From: Bacteroidia bacterium
Lineage (GTDB): Bacteria > Bacteroidota > Bacteroidia > JACCXN01
DNA: 64,000 nt
Direction of reading: 5' to 3'
Assembly (NCBI GenBank): GCA_046299555.1
Contig: JBKBHS010000003.1
Coordinates: 268,481-332,480, forward strand
Shown here: one piece after another, positions 9,427-18,672 of the stretch
How the letters are laid out: the number at the start of each line of letters is the position of its first letter
Numbering within the stretch: the first letter of the stretch is position 1
The notes under the pieces: model-generated
Told to the model about the DNA's origin: nothing
What the model saw: the letters and a program-made list of their open reading frames with translations, nothing else
Databases searched by the model: none
Translations under genes and position numbers: made by a program

Positions 9427-11157
9427 TTAAAAATCATAATAAAAATTAGCCAAATTGGTACTAATTGAAATTGTATAAATAAACGAATTATGAATCGGTG
9501 CAATTGGTGTAGCATTTTCTGTACGAATAAAAACTCCTCCTGCAATCTGCATATTTGTTTTACGATTGATAATATATCCGGCTCTTAACTCCTGTATGGT
9601 CAATGTAGATGTTATCGGTCTTAAAAAAAAGTCGTTTTGTGAAGCGCTGTAATTTGACTTAAATATATCATTACCAAAATTTCCTCCTCTGTTATCTTTA
9701 TCAATATGGGCAAAGGAATACCTGTACTGAATAAATAAATCTTTAAAGCTATAACCGGTTCTGAAAAGTATCTCATCAAAATTAGCTCCTAATGGATGTG
9801 TTAATGATTGATTGTAATGCGTATAACTTTGCAATGGTATGGCATGAGAATAGGTAAATGCTTTTACATTGTTGTATTCTGCTTGGAGAAAAAGGTTTTT
9901 AATTAATTCAAATGATTTTATACCTGCTTGATAAGCGAAGCGACTTCTTGCAAAATCATCAGAAACCAACTGTCCGTAAAGAGTAATTTTTTTATGAAGT
10001 TTAAATTTCAGATTGGTTCCAATAATAGCATTATGCTCATCATTTAATCCATACCTTAGTGTATTAGCAAATATTACAGGTAAAGCAAAACTTGGCTCAA
10101 AAGGTTTAACAGAATTGGTATCTTGCATTTGCCAGATAATTCCTTCGAAAAATCCAATATGTAATCGCTTATGAGGATTAAAACCAAGATAGTGAAATGA
10201 AGCCTTTTTGCGATAAAATAAATTTTCTGTAATGGTTGAAACACGCGTACGCTCTAAGCTTTGCAAAACCGCAAAAGTATTTACATATTGAAATATCCCA
10301 TATTGAATTGTACTTTTAACATAGGGATAATTAAAGGCATTATCAGAAAGTAATAGAGAACGATAACCTTCACCAACAAAATTTTTACCATGCCCTGCTC
10401 TGATATTCCATTTAAATTTTTCGGAATTATAGGGTGTATATGAAAAATAACCGGATGCCATTGCATAATCGAAGCCTCCTTTTTTAAAATCTTTCACTCT
10501 TCCTTGACCGGGAACCATACGATATGTTCTAACTTGTTGATGCAAGTATTCAGGAAAAAATGCTTGATTTTCATAAAATGAACTTTCGAATGAAAATTTT
10601 TCTCCAATATTTCCCTGCACCAACAAACCTCTTGTATTGATATAAAAATTAGTAGTATCAGCTCGCAAAGAGGTATCTGCCATATCATTCATTAGAGTAA
10701 AATTAAAGAGCGGATCAATACTTAAATAAAAATCGTCTTTTTTTACTTCAATCAAACTTTCTTGTTTGATTTTTCTACCAAGCAATGATTTTCTTACAAA
10801 ATGTTTTTGATAGGTATATTCTTCTGATTTTAAAGAATCGTATTGAGCAAAAGATGAAATTAACGGCTTAAAAGATGTTTGAACATTATTTTCAGGATGC
10901 TGAAAATACTTTTCGAATTTTTCATTAATTTGATTATTGAGCGGTAACTCTAATTGTTGCGCTTTTGTGCGTAATGGATTAAAGATAAAAGATAATAGAC
11001 AGAAGACTTTTGCGATATTTGAAATAAGTGAGAAGAGATTGATAAAGAAAGTTGTGTTTGATTTAAAATTAATAGTTAGTAAATTATTGGTAGAAAAGAG
11101 TTGATTATGTTTGAATAAATAAGGAATTAATAAGGATAATACTTTTTGAAATCGCAT
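9427..11157 (-). CDS. Large outer-membrane beta-barrel protein (576 aa), paralog of 6767-8317
   Basis: C-terminal ...LANFYYDF, shared GEGYRSLLLSDNAFNYPY block and alternating beta-strand pattern. The annotated Met start precedes a weak signal-like segment, so the start is uncertain. Confidence 0.55.
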   Translation of the reverse strand: MRFQKVLSLLIPYLFKHNQLFSTNNLLTINFKSNTTFFINLFSLISNIAKVFCLLSFIFNPLRTKAQQLELPLNNQINEKFEKYFQHPENNVQTSFKPLISSFAQYDSLKSEEYTYQKHFVRKSLLGRKIKQESLIEVKKDDFYLSIDPLFNFTLMNDMADTSLRADTTNFYINTRGLLVQGNIGEKFSFESSFYENQAFFPEYLHQQVRTYRMVPGQGRVKDFKKGGFDYAMASGYFSYTPYNSEKFKWNIRAGHGKNFVGEGYRSLLLSDNAFNYPYVKSTIQYGIFQYVNTFAVLQSLERTRVSTITENLFYRKKASFHYLGFNPHKRLHIGFFEGIIWQMQDTNSVKPFEPSFALPVIFANTLRYGLNDEHNAIIGTNLKFKLHKKITLYGQLVSDDFARSRFAYQAGIKSFELIKNLFLQAEYNNVKAFTYSHAIPLQSYTHYNQSLTHPLGANFDEILFRTGYSFKDLFIQYRYSFAHIDKDNRGGNFGNDIFKSNYSASQNDFFLRPITSTLTIQELRAGYIINRKTNMQIAGGVFIRTENATPIAPIHNSFIYTISISTNLANFYYDF

Positions 11158-11178
11158 ATTAGCTAATTTACATCCTAT

Positions 11179-12117
11179 TTACACAAGCTGATTTAAATAA
11201 TCTATAACATCATAATATACCATTCTAATTCCTTGTTCTAATTCTATTTTATGCTTCCATCCAAATGAATGTAACTTTGAAACATCCATTAATTTTCGTG
11301 GTGTTCCATCCGGTTTAGTAGTATCAAATTTTAATTCGCCTTTATAGCCAACAATTTCCTTAATCAATAAAGCAAGTTCTTTAATACTTATGTCTTTGCC
11401 AGTTCCAATATTTATCAAGCCTGATTCGTTGTAGTGCATCATTAAATAAAAACATGCATCAGCCAAATCATCTACATGCAAAAATTCGCGCATTGGACTT
11501 CCTGTTCCCCAAATTTCAACAAATGGAGTTCCCTTAATTCTTGCTTCATGAAATTTGCGCAACAAAGCCGGCAAGACATGTGAATTATTTAAATCGTAAT
11601 TATCGTTTGGTCCATACAAATTAGTAGGCATTACAGAAATATAATTACAACCGTATTGTGAACGGTAAGCATCGCACATTTTGATACCGGCAATTTTGGC
11701 TATGGCATAAGGTTCATTGGTTGGCTCTAAAGTACCGGTTAATAAGTATTCTTCTTTTAACGGTTGTGGAGCCATTTTTGGATAGATACAAGAAGATCCT
11801 AAAAACAATAATTTTTTAACTCCATTTTTATAGGAGGAATGAATAACATTACTCTGTATCATTAAATTATCGTACAAAAATTCTGCACGATAGGTATTAT
11901 TTGCATGTATGCCTCCAACTTTGGCAGCTGCTAAAAAAACATATTCGGGTTTTTCCTGCTGAAAAAAATCGGCAACAGCTTGTTGATTTCTTAGGTCTAA
12001 CTCTTTTGATGTTCTAACAACGATATTAGAGTACTCTTCTTTTTCAAGTTTTCTGACAATAGCAGATCCAACCATTCCACGATGACCTGCCACATATATT
12101 TTTGCTGATTTTTCCAA
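11179..12117 (-). CDS. fcl: GDP-L-fucose synthase (GDP-4-keto-6-deoxymannose 3,5-epimerase/4-reductase)
   Basis: 312 aa. N-terminal [18 protein letters not shown] Rossmann motif, and the overall SDR-extended pattern of Fcl/WcaG. Confidence 0.9.
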   Translation of the reverse strand: MEKSAKIYVAGHRGMVGSAIVRKLEKEEYSNIVVRTSKELDLRNQQAVADFFQQEKPEYVFLAAAKVGGIHANNTYRAEFLYDNLMIQSNVIHSSYKNGVKKLLFLGSSCIYPKMAPQPLKEEYLLTGTLEPTNEPYAIAKIAGIKMCDAYRSQYGCNYISVMPTNLYGPNDNYDLNNSHVLPALLRKFHEARIKGTPFVEIWGTGSPMREFLHVDDLADACFYLMMHYNESGLINIGTGKDISIKELALLIKEIVGYKGELKFDTTKPDGTPRKLMDVSKLHSFGWKHKIELEQGIRMVYYDVIDYLNQLV

Positions 12118-12132
12118 TCTTTCAAATAAATT

Positions 12133-13221
12133 TTATTCGTGCTGACTAATTACATCGTGCCCGCCTTCTATTAAATATTTTTCTCTCTTATATAAGGCGA
12201 TATCGGATTGTACCATTTCTTCACACAACTGTTTTACAGTATATTTAGGTTTCCAACCCAATTCAGTTCTTGCTTTGATTGAATCGCCTATTAATAAATC
12301 AACTTCGGTTGGTCGGAAATATTTTGGATCTATTTCTATTAAAACCTTCCCCGTTTTTTTATCAATTCCTTTTTCATCTATCCCTTCTCCAATCCAATTA
12401 ATAGAAATACCAACCATTTCAAAAGCCATTTCGGCAAATGTTCTAACTGATATTTTTTCACCGGTAGCCAATACATAATCGTCCGGCTTTTGTTGTTGCA
12501 ACATTAACCACATTCCTTCCACATAATCTTTTGCATGTCCCCAATCGCGCTCCGCATCTAAATTTCCTAAATATAATTTTTCTTGTAACCCTAAACTAAT
12601 AGCTGCTGCTGCACGCGTAATCTTTCTTGTAACAAATGTTTCTCCTCTAATCGGACTTTCATGGTTAAACAGAATTCCATTAGTAGCAAAAATTCCATAA
12701 GCCTCGCGATAATTTTTGGTTATCCAATAAGCATATACTTTTGCAACTCCATATGGGCTACGAGGATAAAAAGGAGTAGTTTCTTTTTGAGGAATTTCCT
12801 GCACTAATCCATACATTTCTGAAGTTCCTGCCTGATAGAATCTGGTCTTTTTTTCTAAACCTAAAATTCGAATGGCTTCTAAAATTCTCAATGCACCTAA
12901 AGCATCTGCATTTGCTGTATATTCAGGTGTTTCGAACGAAACTTTTACATGCGACTGTGCAGCTAAATTGTAAATTTCATCCGGTTGCGTTTCTTGAATA
13001 ATGCGAATTAAATTGGTACTATCCGTTAAATCGCCATAATGTAAAAAAAAGTTTACTCCTTTTTCATGTCGATCTTTATACAAATGGTCTATTCTATCAG
13101 TGTTAAATAATGAGCTACGTCTTTTTATTCCATGCACTATATATCCTTTATTTAACAAAAATTCTGCTAAATAAGCCCCATCTTGACCGGTAATTCCTGT
13201 AATTAATGCAACTTTTTTCAT
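12133..13221 (-). CDS. gmd: GDP-mannose 4,6-dehydratase
   Basis: [37 protein letters not shown]... is the canonical Gmd N-terminus. The start was moved to the internal Met (MKKVAL) rather than the extended ORF start at 13260. Confidence 0.9.
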   Translation of the reverse strand: MKKVALITGITGQDGAYLAEFLLNKGYIVHGIKRRSSLFNTDRIDHLYKDRHEKGVNFFLHYGDLTDSTNLIRIIQETQPDEIYNLAAQSHVKVSFETPEYTANADALGALRILEAIRILGLEKKTRFYQAGTSEMYGLVQEIPQKETTPFYPRSPYGVAKVYAYWITKNYREAYGIFATNGILFNHESPIRGETFVTRKITRAAAAISLGLQEKLYLGNLDAERDWGHAKDYVEGMWLMLQQQKPDDYVLATGEKISVRTFAEMAFEMVGISINWIGEGIDEKGIDKKTGKVLIEIDPKYFRPTEVDLLIGDSIKARTELGWKPKYTVKQLCEEMVQSDIALYKREKYLIEGGHDVISQHE

Positions 13222-13225
13222 TTTA

Positions 13226-14107
13226 TTAATAACTTGATTTTGCTGCACCAATATTTTCAATTGGATGCCATGTGGTTTTTATTTCTTGTAAATCTAAAAT
13301 CATGTATGGATTTTCAACTTCTTCACTGTTCCACTTTTTAGAATATATAAATGCTCGTTTTACATTTAATGAAGCATTTTGCTGAATCTTTTTTATTTCT
13401 TCTTTATTATCTCTGCAATATACAATTGCGTTAACATCCATGTGCGAAGAAAAATGACCATGTAATTCTTTTGAAGTACCTGTTAAAATATTAACTACAC
13501 CGCCTGGCACATCAGAAGAATTAATTACCTCTGCAAATGAAACAGAGCACAAAGGCTTTGATTCTGAAGCTAACACCACACAGGTATTTCCACCGGCTAT
13601 ACAAGGAGCAATTACTGAAACAATACCCAGTAAACTCGTTTCTTCAGGAGCAATAATTGCAACTACTCCTGTAGGTTCAGGAACAGAAAAATTAAAGTGT
13701 GATGAGGAAACAGGATTAACTGTACTAAATAGCTGAATATATTTATCACACCATCCGGCATAATATACCAAACGATCAATACTTTGATCTACTTCTTCTT
13801 CGGCAGCTTTAGGTGTAGCTCCTTGTTGTTGCAATTCAGCTATAAATTGAGCTTTCCTTCCTTCGAGCATTTCTGCAATACGGTATAAAATTTGACTGCG
13901 ATTAAATGCTGCACGAGCGCTCCAGCCCCCGAATGCTCCTCTTGCAGCTACTACTGCATTTCTAAAATCTTTACGTGAAGAAAGGCAAATGTTTGCCAAT
14001 AATTTTCCGTTTTTATCATGTAAAGGATAATATCTTCCACTTTCAGTCCGAGGAAATTGCCCCCCTATGTAAATCTTATATGTTTTTAAAACTTCCAATC
14101 TGTTCAT
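13226..14107 (-). CDS. Aldehyde dehydrogenase-like protein, truncated and degenerate (N-terminal and NAD-binding part only, 293 aa); possible gene remnant
   Basis: Aligns by eye to the N-terminal about 60% of the adjacent full ALDH (YYAGWCDKY vs YYAGWADKL; GGNTCVV vs AGNTVVL; GGVVNILTG vs DGVVNIVTG). The ELGG motif is degenerate (IYSKKW). The catalytic Cys region is absent because the ORF runs into gmd. Confidence 0.45.
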   Translation of the reverse strand: MNRLEVLKTYKIYIGGQFPRTESGRYYPLHDKNGKLLANICLSSRKDFRNAVVAARGAFGGWSARAAFNRSQILYRIAEMLEGRKAQFIAELQQQGATPKAAEEEVDQSIDRLVYYAGWCDKYIQLFSTVNPVSSSHFNFSVPEPTGVVAIIAPEETSLLGIVSVIAPCIAGGNTCVVLASESKPLCSVSFAEVINSSDVPGGVVNILTGTSKELHGHFSSHMDVNAIVYCRDNKEEIKKIQQNASLNVKRAFIYSKKWNSEEVENPYMILDLQEIKTTWHPIENIGAAKSSY

Positions 14108-14140
14108 ATATTATAAAAAATTACTAGTTTAACCACAAAG

Positions 14141-14171
14141 GCCGATAAATCGGCTCACTAAGTTTTTTTTT
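14141..14171. terminator. GC hairpin (GCCGAtaaaTCGGC) with an adjacent T-run, between the GxxExxY pseudogene and the ALDH-like gene
   Basis: Palindrome seen directly. Orientation and function are ambiguous because the T-run is 8 nt from the stem on the plus strand. Confidence 0.3.
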
Positions 14172-14182
14172 AAAAAAAGAAC

Positions 14183-14554
14183 TCAAAGTATAACTCTTTT
14201 AATCCCATCTTTTAATTTTAATACATTAAAATTCATTAATAATCCTAATTTGCATTTCGTCAATTTTAAATACGTTAATAATTGAGCCATGTGAATATCA
14301 TTCAACGATTCGACTGATTTAACTTCAATTATCAACTTGTTTTCTATCATCAGATCTACTCTATAACCAATTTCTAATTTCACATCATTATAAATTAATG
14401 GAAGTGCTTTTTGCTTTTCAACTTATAATCCTGCATTGCTAATTTCATAACTCAAACACTCTTCATAACTTGACTCCAATAATCCTGGGCCTAGTTCTTT
14501 GTGAACTTTTATTCCACAACCAATTACAATATTTGAAATATCATTCTCATTCAT
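14183..14554 (-). pseudogene. GxxExxY-family protein gene interrupted by an in-frame TAA at 14423-14425
   Basis: Minus-strand translation from ATG 14554: MNENDISNIVIGCGIKVHKELGPGLLESSYEECLSYEISNAGL*VEKQKALPLIYNDVKLEIGYRVDLMIENKLIIEVKSVESLNDIHMAQLLTYLKLTKCKLGLLMNFNVLKLKDGIKRVIL. Both halves match the conserved GxxExxY family architecture (HKELGPGLLESVYE ... ADLIVENKVIVELKSVE ... AQ.LTYL ... LGLLINFN ... KDGIKR). The stop is in frame (129 nt after the ATG). Confidence 0.6.
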
Positions 14555-14593
14555 TTTAAATTTCTTTGTGTTCTTTGTGGTAAATAAACAAAA

Positions 14594-16063
14594 TTATAAA
14601 TTCAAATAAGGCATTAAGCCATGTAAGCCACCTTCGCGGCCATAGCCGCTTTCTTTGTAACCACCAAATGGTGAAACCGGATCAAATTTATTATACGTAT
14701 TCGCCCATACCACACCCGCTCTTAGTTTTGTAGTAAGGTTAAAAATCTTTGAACCTTTGTCTGTCCACACCCCGGCTGATAGTCCATAAGGAATATTATT
14801 GGCCTTTTCTATAACCTCTTCAATTGTCCTGAATGTTTGAATAGTTAATACCGGACCAAAAATTTCTTCTTGTACTATTCTGCTTGATTGTGCTACATTA
14901 AGAAATAAAGTTGGTTTACACCAAAATCCTTTCTTAGGCAAGTTGCAAGATGATTGATACATTTCTGCACCTTCATTTATTCCTATCTTAATATATTTGT
15001 TTATGGTAGCTAATTGTTCTTTAGAATTTATGGCTCCTATATCGGTATTTTTGTCTAATGGGTCGCCAACAATTAATGTTTCAATTCTATCTTTTAATTT
15101 CTGAATCACTTTATCAGCCACATTTTCTTGAATAAATAAGCGTGAACCGGCACAGCAAACGTGTCCCTGATTAAAGAAGATTCCATTAATTACACCTTCT
15201 ACTGCCTGATCAATAGGCGCATCTTCAAAAATGATATTGGCGGCTTTACCGCCCAATTCCATCGTTGTTTTTTTATTGGTTCCGGCAACGGCATTCATAA
15301 TTATTTTACCTACACCGGTGGATCCTGTAAAAGCAATCTTATCCACTCCCGGATGATTTACAATAGCAGCTCCTGTAGCACCGGCTCCTGTAACAATATT
15401 TACAACCCCATCAGGCAATCCACTTTCTTGAATAATTTCAGCCAATTTTAAAGCAGTTAATGGAGTAGTTTCTGCTGGTTTTAAAACAACCGTATTTCCG
15501 GCTGCCAATGCCGGAGCTATTTTCCATGCAGCCATTAACAGTGGGAAATTCCATGGAATAATTTGCCCTGCTACACCAATCGGTTGTGGATTTTTATTTG
15601 GAAATGCGAATTCTAACTTATCTGCCCAGCCTGCATAATAGAAAAAATGATTTGCAGCCAAAGGTACATCTACATCACGCGATTCGCGGATAGGCTTACC
15701 TCCGTCCATGGTTTCAATTACTGCAAACTCACGGGCACGTTCCTGAATCATACGCGCAATGCGATAGATGTATTTTCCGCGTTCACGTGGAGAAGTTTTT
15801 CTCCAAACATTTTCATAAGCTTTGTGTGCGGCTTTTACTGCTTTATCTACATCTGCTGTATCGGCTTCAGCTACTAAGGCTAATTGCTGTTCGTTAGCGG
15901 GATTAATGGTTGGAAAATATTTTCCTTTTGCTGGTTTTACAAATTTGCCATCAATAAATAAATCATATTTATCTTTTAATCGAATATGATCGGTACTTTC
16001 GGGAGCGGGTGCATATTCCCACGATGTATTGAACTGTAGTTTTGGACTTTCTTTTTTTGCCAT
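14594..16063 (-). CDS. NAD(P)-dependent aldehyde dehydrogenase
   Basis: 489 aa. Glycine motif FTGSTGVG, catalytic ELGGK and the Cys loop FFNQGHVCCAGSRLFIQE. Confidence 0.9.
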   Translation of the reverse strand: MAKKESPKLQFNTSWEYAPAPESTDHIRLKDKYDLFIDGKFVKPAKGKYFPTINPANEQQLALVAEADTADVDKAVKAAHKAYENVWRKTSPRERGKYIYRIARMIQERAREFAVIETMDGGKPIRESRDVDVPLAANHFFYYAGWADKLEFAFPNKNPQPIGVAGQIIPWNFPLLMAAWKIAPALAAGNTVVLKPAETTPLTALKLAEIIQESGLPDGVVNIVTGAGATGAAIVNHPGVDKIAFTGSTGVGKIIMNAVAGTNKKTTMELGGKAANIIFEDAPIDQAVEGVINGIFFNQGHVCCAGSRLFIQENVADKVIQKLKDRIETLIVGDPLDKNTDIGAINSKEQLATINKYIKIGINEGAEMYQSSCNLPKKGFWCKPTLFLNVAQSSRIVQEEIFGPVLTIQTFRTIEEVIEKANNIPYGLSAGVWTDKGSKIFNLTTKLRAGVVWANTYNKFDPVSPFGGYKESGYGREGGLHGLMPYLNL

Positions 16064-16074
16064 AATTTCTATAC

Positions 16075-16986
16075 TTAATCAATTGAAAAGTAATCTTTGC
16101 TTTGATATACTCCGGTAACTTCTTTCATAATTTGCATTAATAAATCATTGGCTAATGAACTTGCTCCAAACCTGAACCATTGATTATTTAGCCAAGCTTC
16201 TCCTAAGGTTTCGCGCACCATTACTAAATTTTGAATGGCTGCTTTAGCTGTCGATATACCACCGGCAGGTTTCATGCCTACCATTTTTCCGGTAGCATAA
16301 TAAAAATCGCGAATAGCTTCGAGCATAACCAATGTTACCGTTGGTGTAGCTGCAGGAGAAATTTTTCCGGTAGATGTTTTAATAAAGTCAGCTCCTGCAT
16401 ACATAGCTATTTCGCTTGCTCTACGAACATTGTCCAGAGTCGATAGCTCTCCGGTTTCAAAAATCACTTTTAATCGGGCGCTTCCACAAACTTCTTTTAC
16501 AGCACATATTTCATCAAATACATAGTTGTAATTGCCTTTTAAAAATTCCCCTCTTGAAATAACCATGTCTATTTCATCAGCTCCATTATCTAATGCAAAT
16601 TTTGTATCTGCAATTTTTACTTCACGTGGTGCTTGTCCTGCAGGAAAGGCAGTAGAAACAGAAGCTACTTTAATATTGGTATTTTTAAGTGCTTGCTTAG
16701 CCGTTTTTACCATGGTAGGATATACACAAACTGCAGCAACGGTAGGCAAACCGGGGTATGCATCGTGCAAATGTGCAGCTTTGTAACATAATTGTTTAAC
16801 TTTCCCTTCCGTATCTTTTCCTTCGAGTGTTGTTAAATCAATCATGTTTAATGCCATTTTTAAGGCATGAATTTTTGATTCTTTTTTTATACTGCGAGTA
16901 TTCAGTTTTGCAACTCTTTCTTCTACTCCTACTTGATCAATAGTTGGAGTTTTAGAAAAATCTATAAGTTCGATATATTTATTCAT
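16075..16986 (-). CDS. deoC: Deoxyribose-phosphate aldolase (long DERA-type, DeoC/LacD family)
   Basis: Motifs IDLTTLEG, Schiff-base lysine context DFIKTSTGK, and KPAGGI. The start is set at the internal Met (MNKYIELIDF) because the extended ORF start (17046) overlaps the terminator hairpin at 17039-17059. Confidence 0.8.
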   Translation of the reverse strand: MNKYIELIDFSKTPTIDQVGVEERVAKLNTRSIKKESKIHALKMALNMIDLTTLEGKDTEGKVKQLCYKAAHLHDAYPGLPTVAAVCVYPTMVKTAKQALKNTNIKVASVSTAFPAGQAPREVKIADTKFALDNGADEIDMVISRGEFLKGNYNYVFDEICAVKEVCGSARLKVIFETGELSTLDNVRRASEIAMYAGADFIKTSTGKISPAATPTVTLVMLEAIRDFYYATGKMVGMKPAGGISTAKAAIQNLVMVRETLGEAWLNNQWFRFGASSLANDLLMQIMKEVTGVYQSKDYFSID

Positions 16987-17032
16987 AACAAAAAACTGTT
17001 TGTGAATATACAATTTTAGATAATATGCCAAT

Positions 17033-17063
17033 AAAAAAAGCCTCAAATTATTTGAGGCTTTTT
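17033..17063. terminator. Bidirectional rho-independent terminator hairpin (AAAAAAAGCCTCAAAttaTTTGAGGCTTTTT); terminates the TonB-C gene on the minus strand
   Basis: 9-bp GC-containing stem flanked by an A-run and a T-run. Confidence 0.6.
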
Positions 17064-17084
17064 AAAGATAAAGTAAGTTAAAGA

Positions 17085-17753
17085 TTATTTTAAAGTAAAT
17101 CGAATTGGTAAATTGTATTGAACGCTAACTGCTTTTCCTCTCTGTTTACCGGGTTTCCATGGTGGCATGTTTTGTACCACGCGAATAGCTTCTTCATCGC
17201 AACCACCTTTGATACCACGTAATACTTTAACATCTTTTACTTTACCATCAGGGCCGATTACAAATGTTACGAACACCGTTCCTTGTATCCCTGCTTCTTT
17301 AGCCATTTGAGGATATTTAATATTATTAGCAAGGTACTTAAATAATGCTTCTTCGCCACCGGGGAAAGTTGGCATTTCTTCAACAATGGTAAATATTTCA
17401 GGCTCTTCAATTACTTCTTCTTGTTGTTGTACTACTTGCACCTCAGTATTCTGATCGGCTTCAGAATCTTTTATTTCAACTTCATTTTCAATTTCTTTAT
17501 CATCTTCTACAATTTGTAATTCGATTGTTTGTGGAGGAGGTGGTGGTGGAGGTGTTACTTGCTGTTGCGTAATTGGGATAATTTCTTCTTCAATTTGCTC
17601 AATTTGTAATTGCCCTAAATCTTTTACTTCTCCTTCGTAAGTTTTCCATTCAAATGCAAGAAGTATTATCAACAAAGAAATAACTAACCCTATTTCGAAA
17701 AATAAGCCTTTTTGTTTTTCTAAATCAGCTTGTGGATTTTTCTTTAATTCCAT
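17085..17753 (-). CDS. Energy transducer TonB (proline-rich linker plus TonB C-terminal domain)
   Basis: N-terminal TM, PPPPPPPQ linker, and C-terminal domain with YPQMAKEAGIQGTVFVTFVIGPDGKV...V.V.YNLPIRF characteristic of TonB_C. Confidence 0.75.
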   Translation of the reverse strand: MELKKNPQADLEKQKGLFFEIGLVISLLIILLAFEWKTYEGEVKDLGQLQIEQIEEEIIPITQQQVTPPPPPPPQTIELQIVEDDKEIENEVEIKDSEADQNTEVQVVQQQEEVIEEPEIFTIVEEMPTFPGGEEALFKYLANNIKYPQMAKEAGIQGTVFVTFVIGPDGKVKDVKVLRGIKGGCDEEAIRVVQNMPPWKPGKQRGKAVSVQYNLPIRFTLK

Positions 17754-17832
17754 TTTTTACTTTTCTTAATTGGCAAATATAATTATTTTCTACAATGTGC
17801 AACAAGTTAAATACTTTAACGGACTGAAATTA

Positions 17833-18222
17833 TTAATATTGTTTTAAAGGTTGATTGTAAATTACAAAAAATGAACTTACTCCTATAAATGCTCCGATAA
17901 AATTTGCTATAATATCAATTAAGTCTGCTGTCCTGCCGGCATACATATAATATTGTAATGTTTCGATAATTATTCCATAAAGCATACTTATAATAAACCC
18001 TATAGCAATTGCATTATGTTTTAAAGCAGAGTTAGAATATTGTTTTTTAAACGCAATAATTAATTGCAAAGCAAGTAAGGCATAAAAAAACATATGAGCC
18101 AGCTTATCGAAGCTCAAAAAATCCCAAATATTTGTATCAGGCATTTCATGCGATGGAGTAAGCGATAAAAAAAGGATAATAATCGCCCAGATTACAGGCG
18201 GCAAAAAATGCCTGATTTTCAT
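17833..18222 (-). CDS. VanZ-like family membrane protein
   Basis: 129 aa with 4 TM helices and the acidic DKLAH / ETLQYY motifs typical of VanZ-like proteins. Low-certainty family call. Confidence 0.5.
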   Translation of the reverse strand: MKIRHFLPPVIWAIIILFLSLTPSHEMPDTNIWDFLSFDKLAHMFFYALLALQLIIAFKKQYSNSALKHNAIAIGFIISMLYGIIIETLQYYMYAGRTADLIDIIANFIGAFIGVSSFFVIYNQPLKQY

Positions 18223-18229
18223 AATTTTA

Positions 18230-18610
18230 TTACAAGCCTATTACTTTTTTGTAATCTTCTGCTGACAACAAATTATGAACCGATGAAGGATCGGCAACTT
18301 TTACTTTTACCATCCAGCCATCACCATAAGGGTCGGTATTTACTAAGTCGGGCGAAGATTCTAATTTAGAATTTACTTCTATCACCTCTCCCGTAACAGG
18401 CATAAATAAGTCAGAAACTGTTTTAACGGCTTCAACCGTACCAAATACTGCTTCTTTTTCAACTGTTTCTCCAAGTGTATTAATGTCAACATATACGATA
18501 TCTCCCAGCTCTTTTTGAGCAAAATCAGTAATTCCGATGGTAGCAATATCGCCTTCTAAACGAAGCCACTCGTGGTCTTTAGTGTACTTTAAATTGTCAG
18601 GAATATTCAT
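18230..18610 (-). CDS. gcvH: Glycine cleavage system H protein
   Basis: [42 protein letters not shown]...[22 protein letters not shown] carries the lipoyl-lysine motif (VKT). The start was moved to the internal Met, and the N-terminal 18-aa extension of the ORF was rejected. Confidence 0.9.
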   Translation of the reverse strand: MNIPDNLKYTKDHEWLRLEGDIATIGITDFAQKELGDIVYVDINTLGETVEKEAVFGTVEAVKTVSDLFMPVTGEVIEVNSKLESSPDLVNTDPYGDGWMVKVKVADPSSVHNLLSAEDYKKVIGL

Positions 18611-18672
18611 TGGTATAAAATTTATTTTGGGGGGTAAAATTACATTAAATTTAATGTGAATCAATATAAATT

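Noticed and set aside
13222-13260. N-terminal extension of gmd ([13 protein letters not shown]...)
   Set aside because: The canonical Gmd N-terminus starts at the internal MKKVALITG. The extension overlaps the upstream ALDH-like ORF. Similar extended starts were rejected for gcvH (18611-18664), cobB (28924-28974) and deoC (16987-17046, which overlaps a terminator hairpin).
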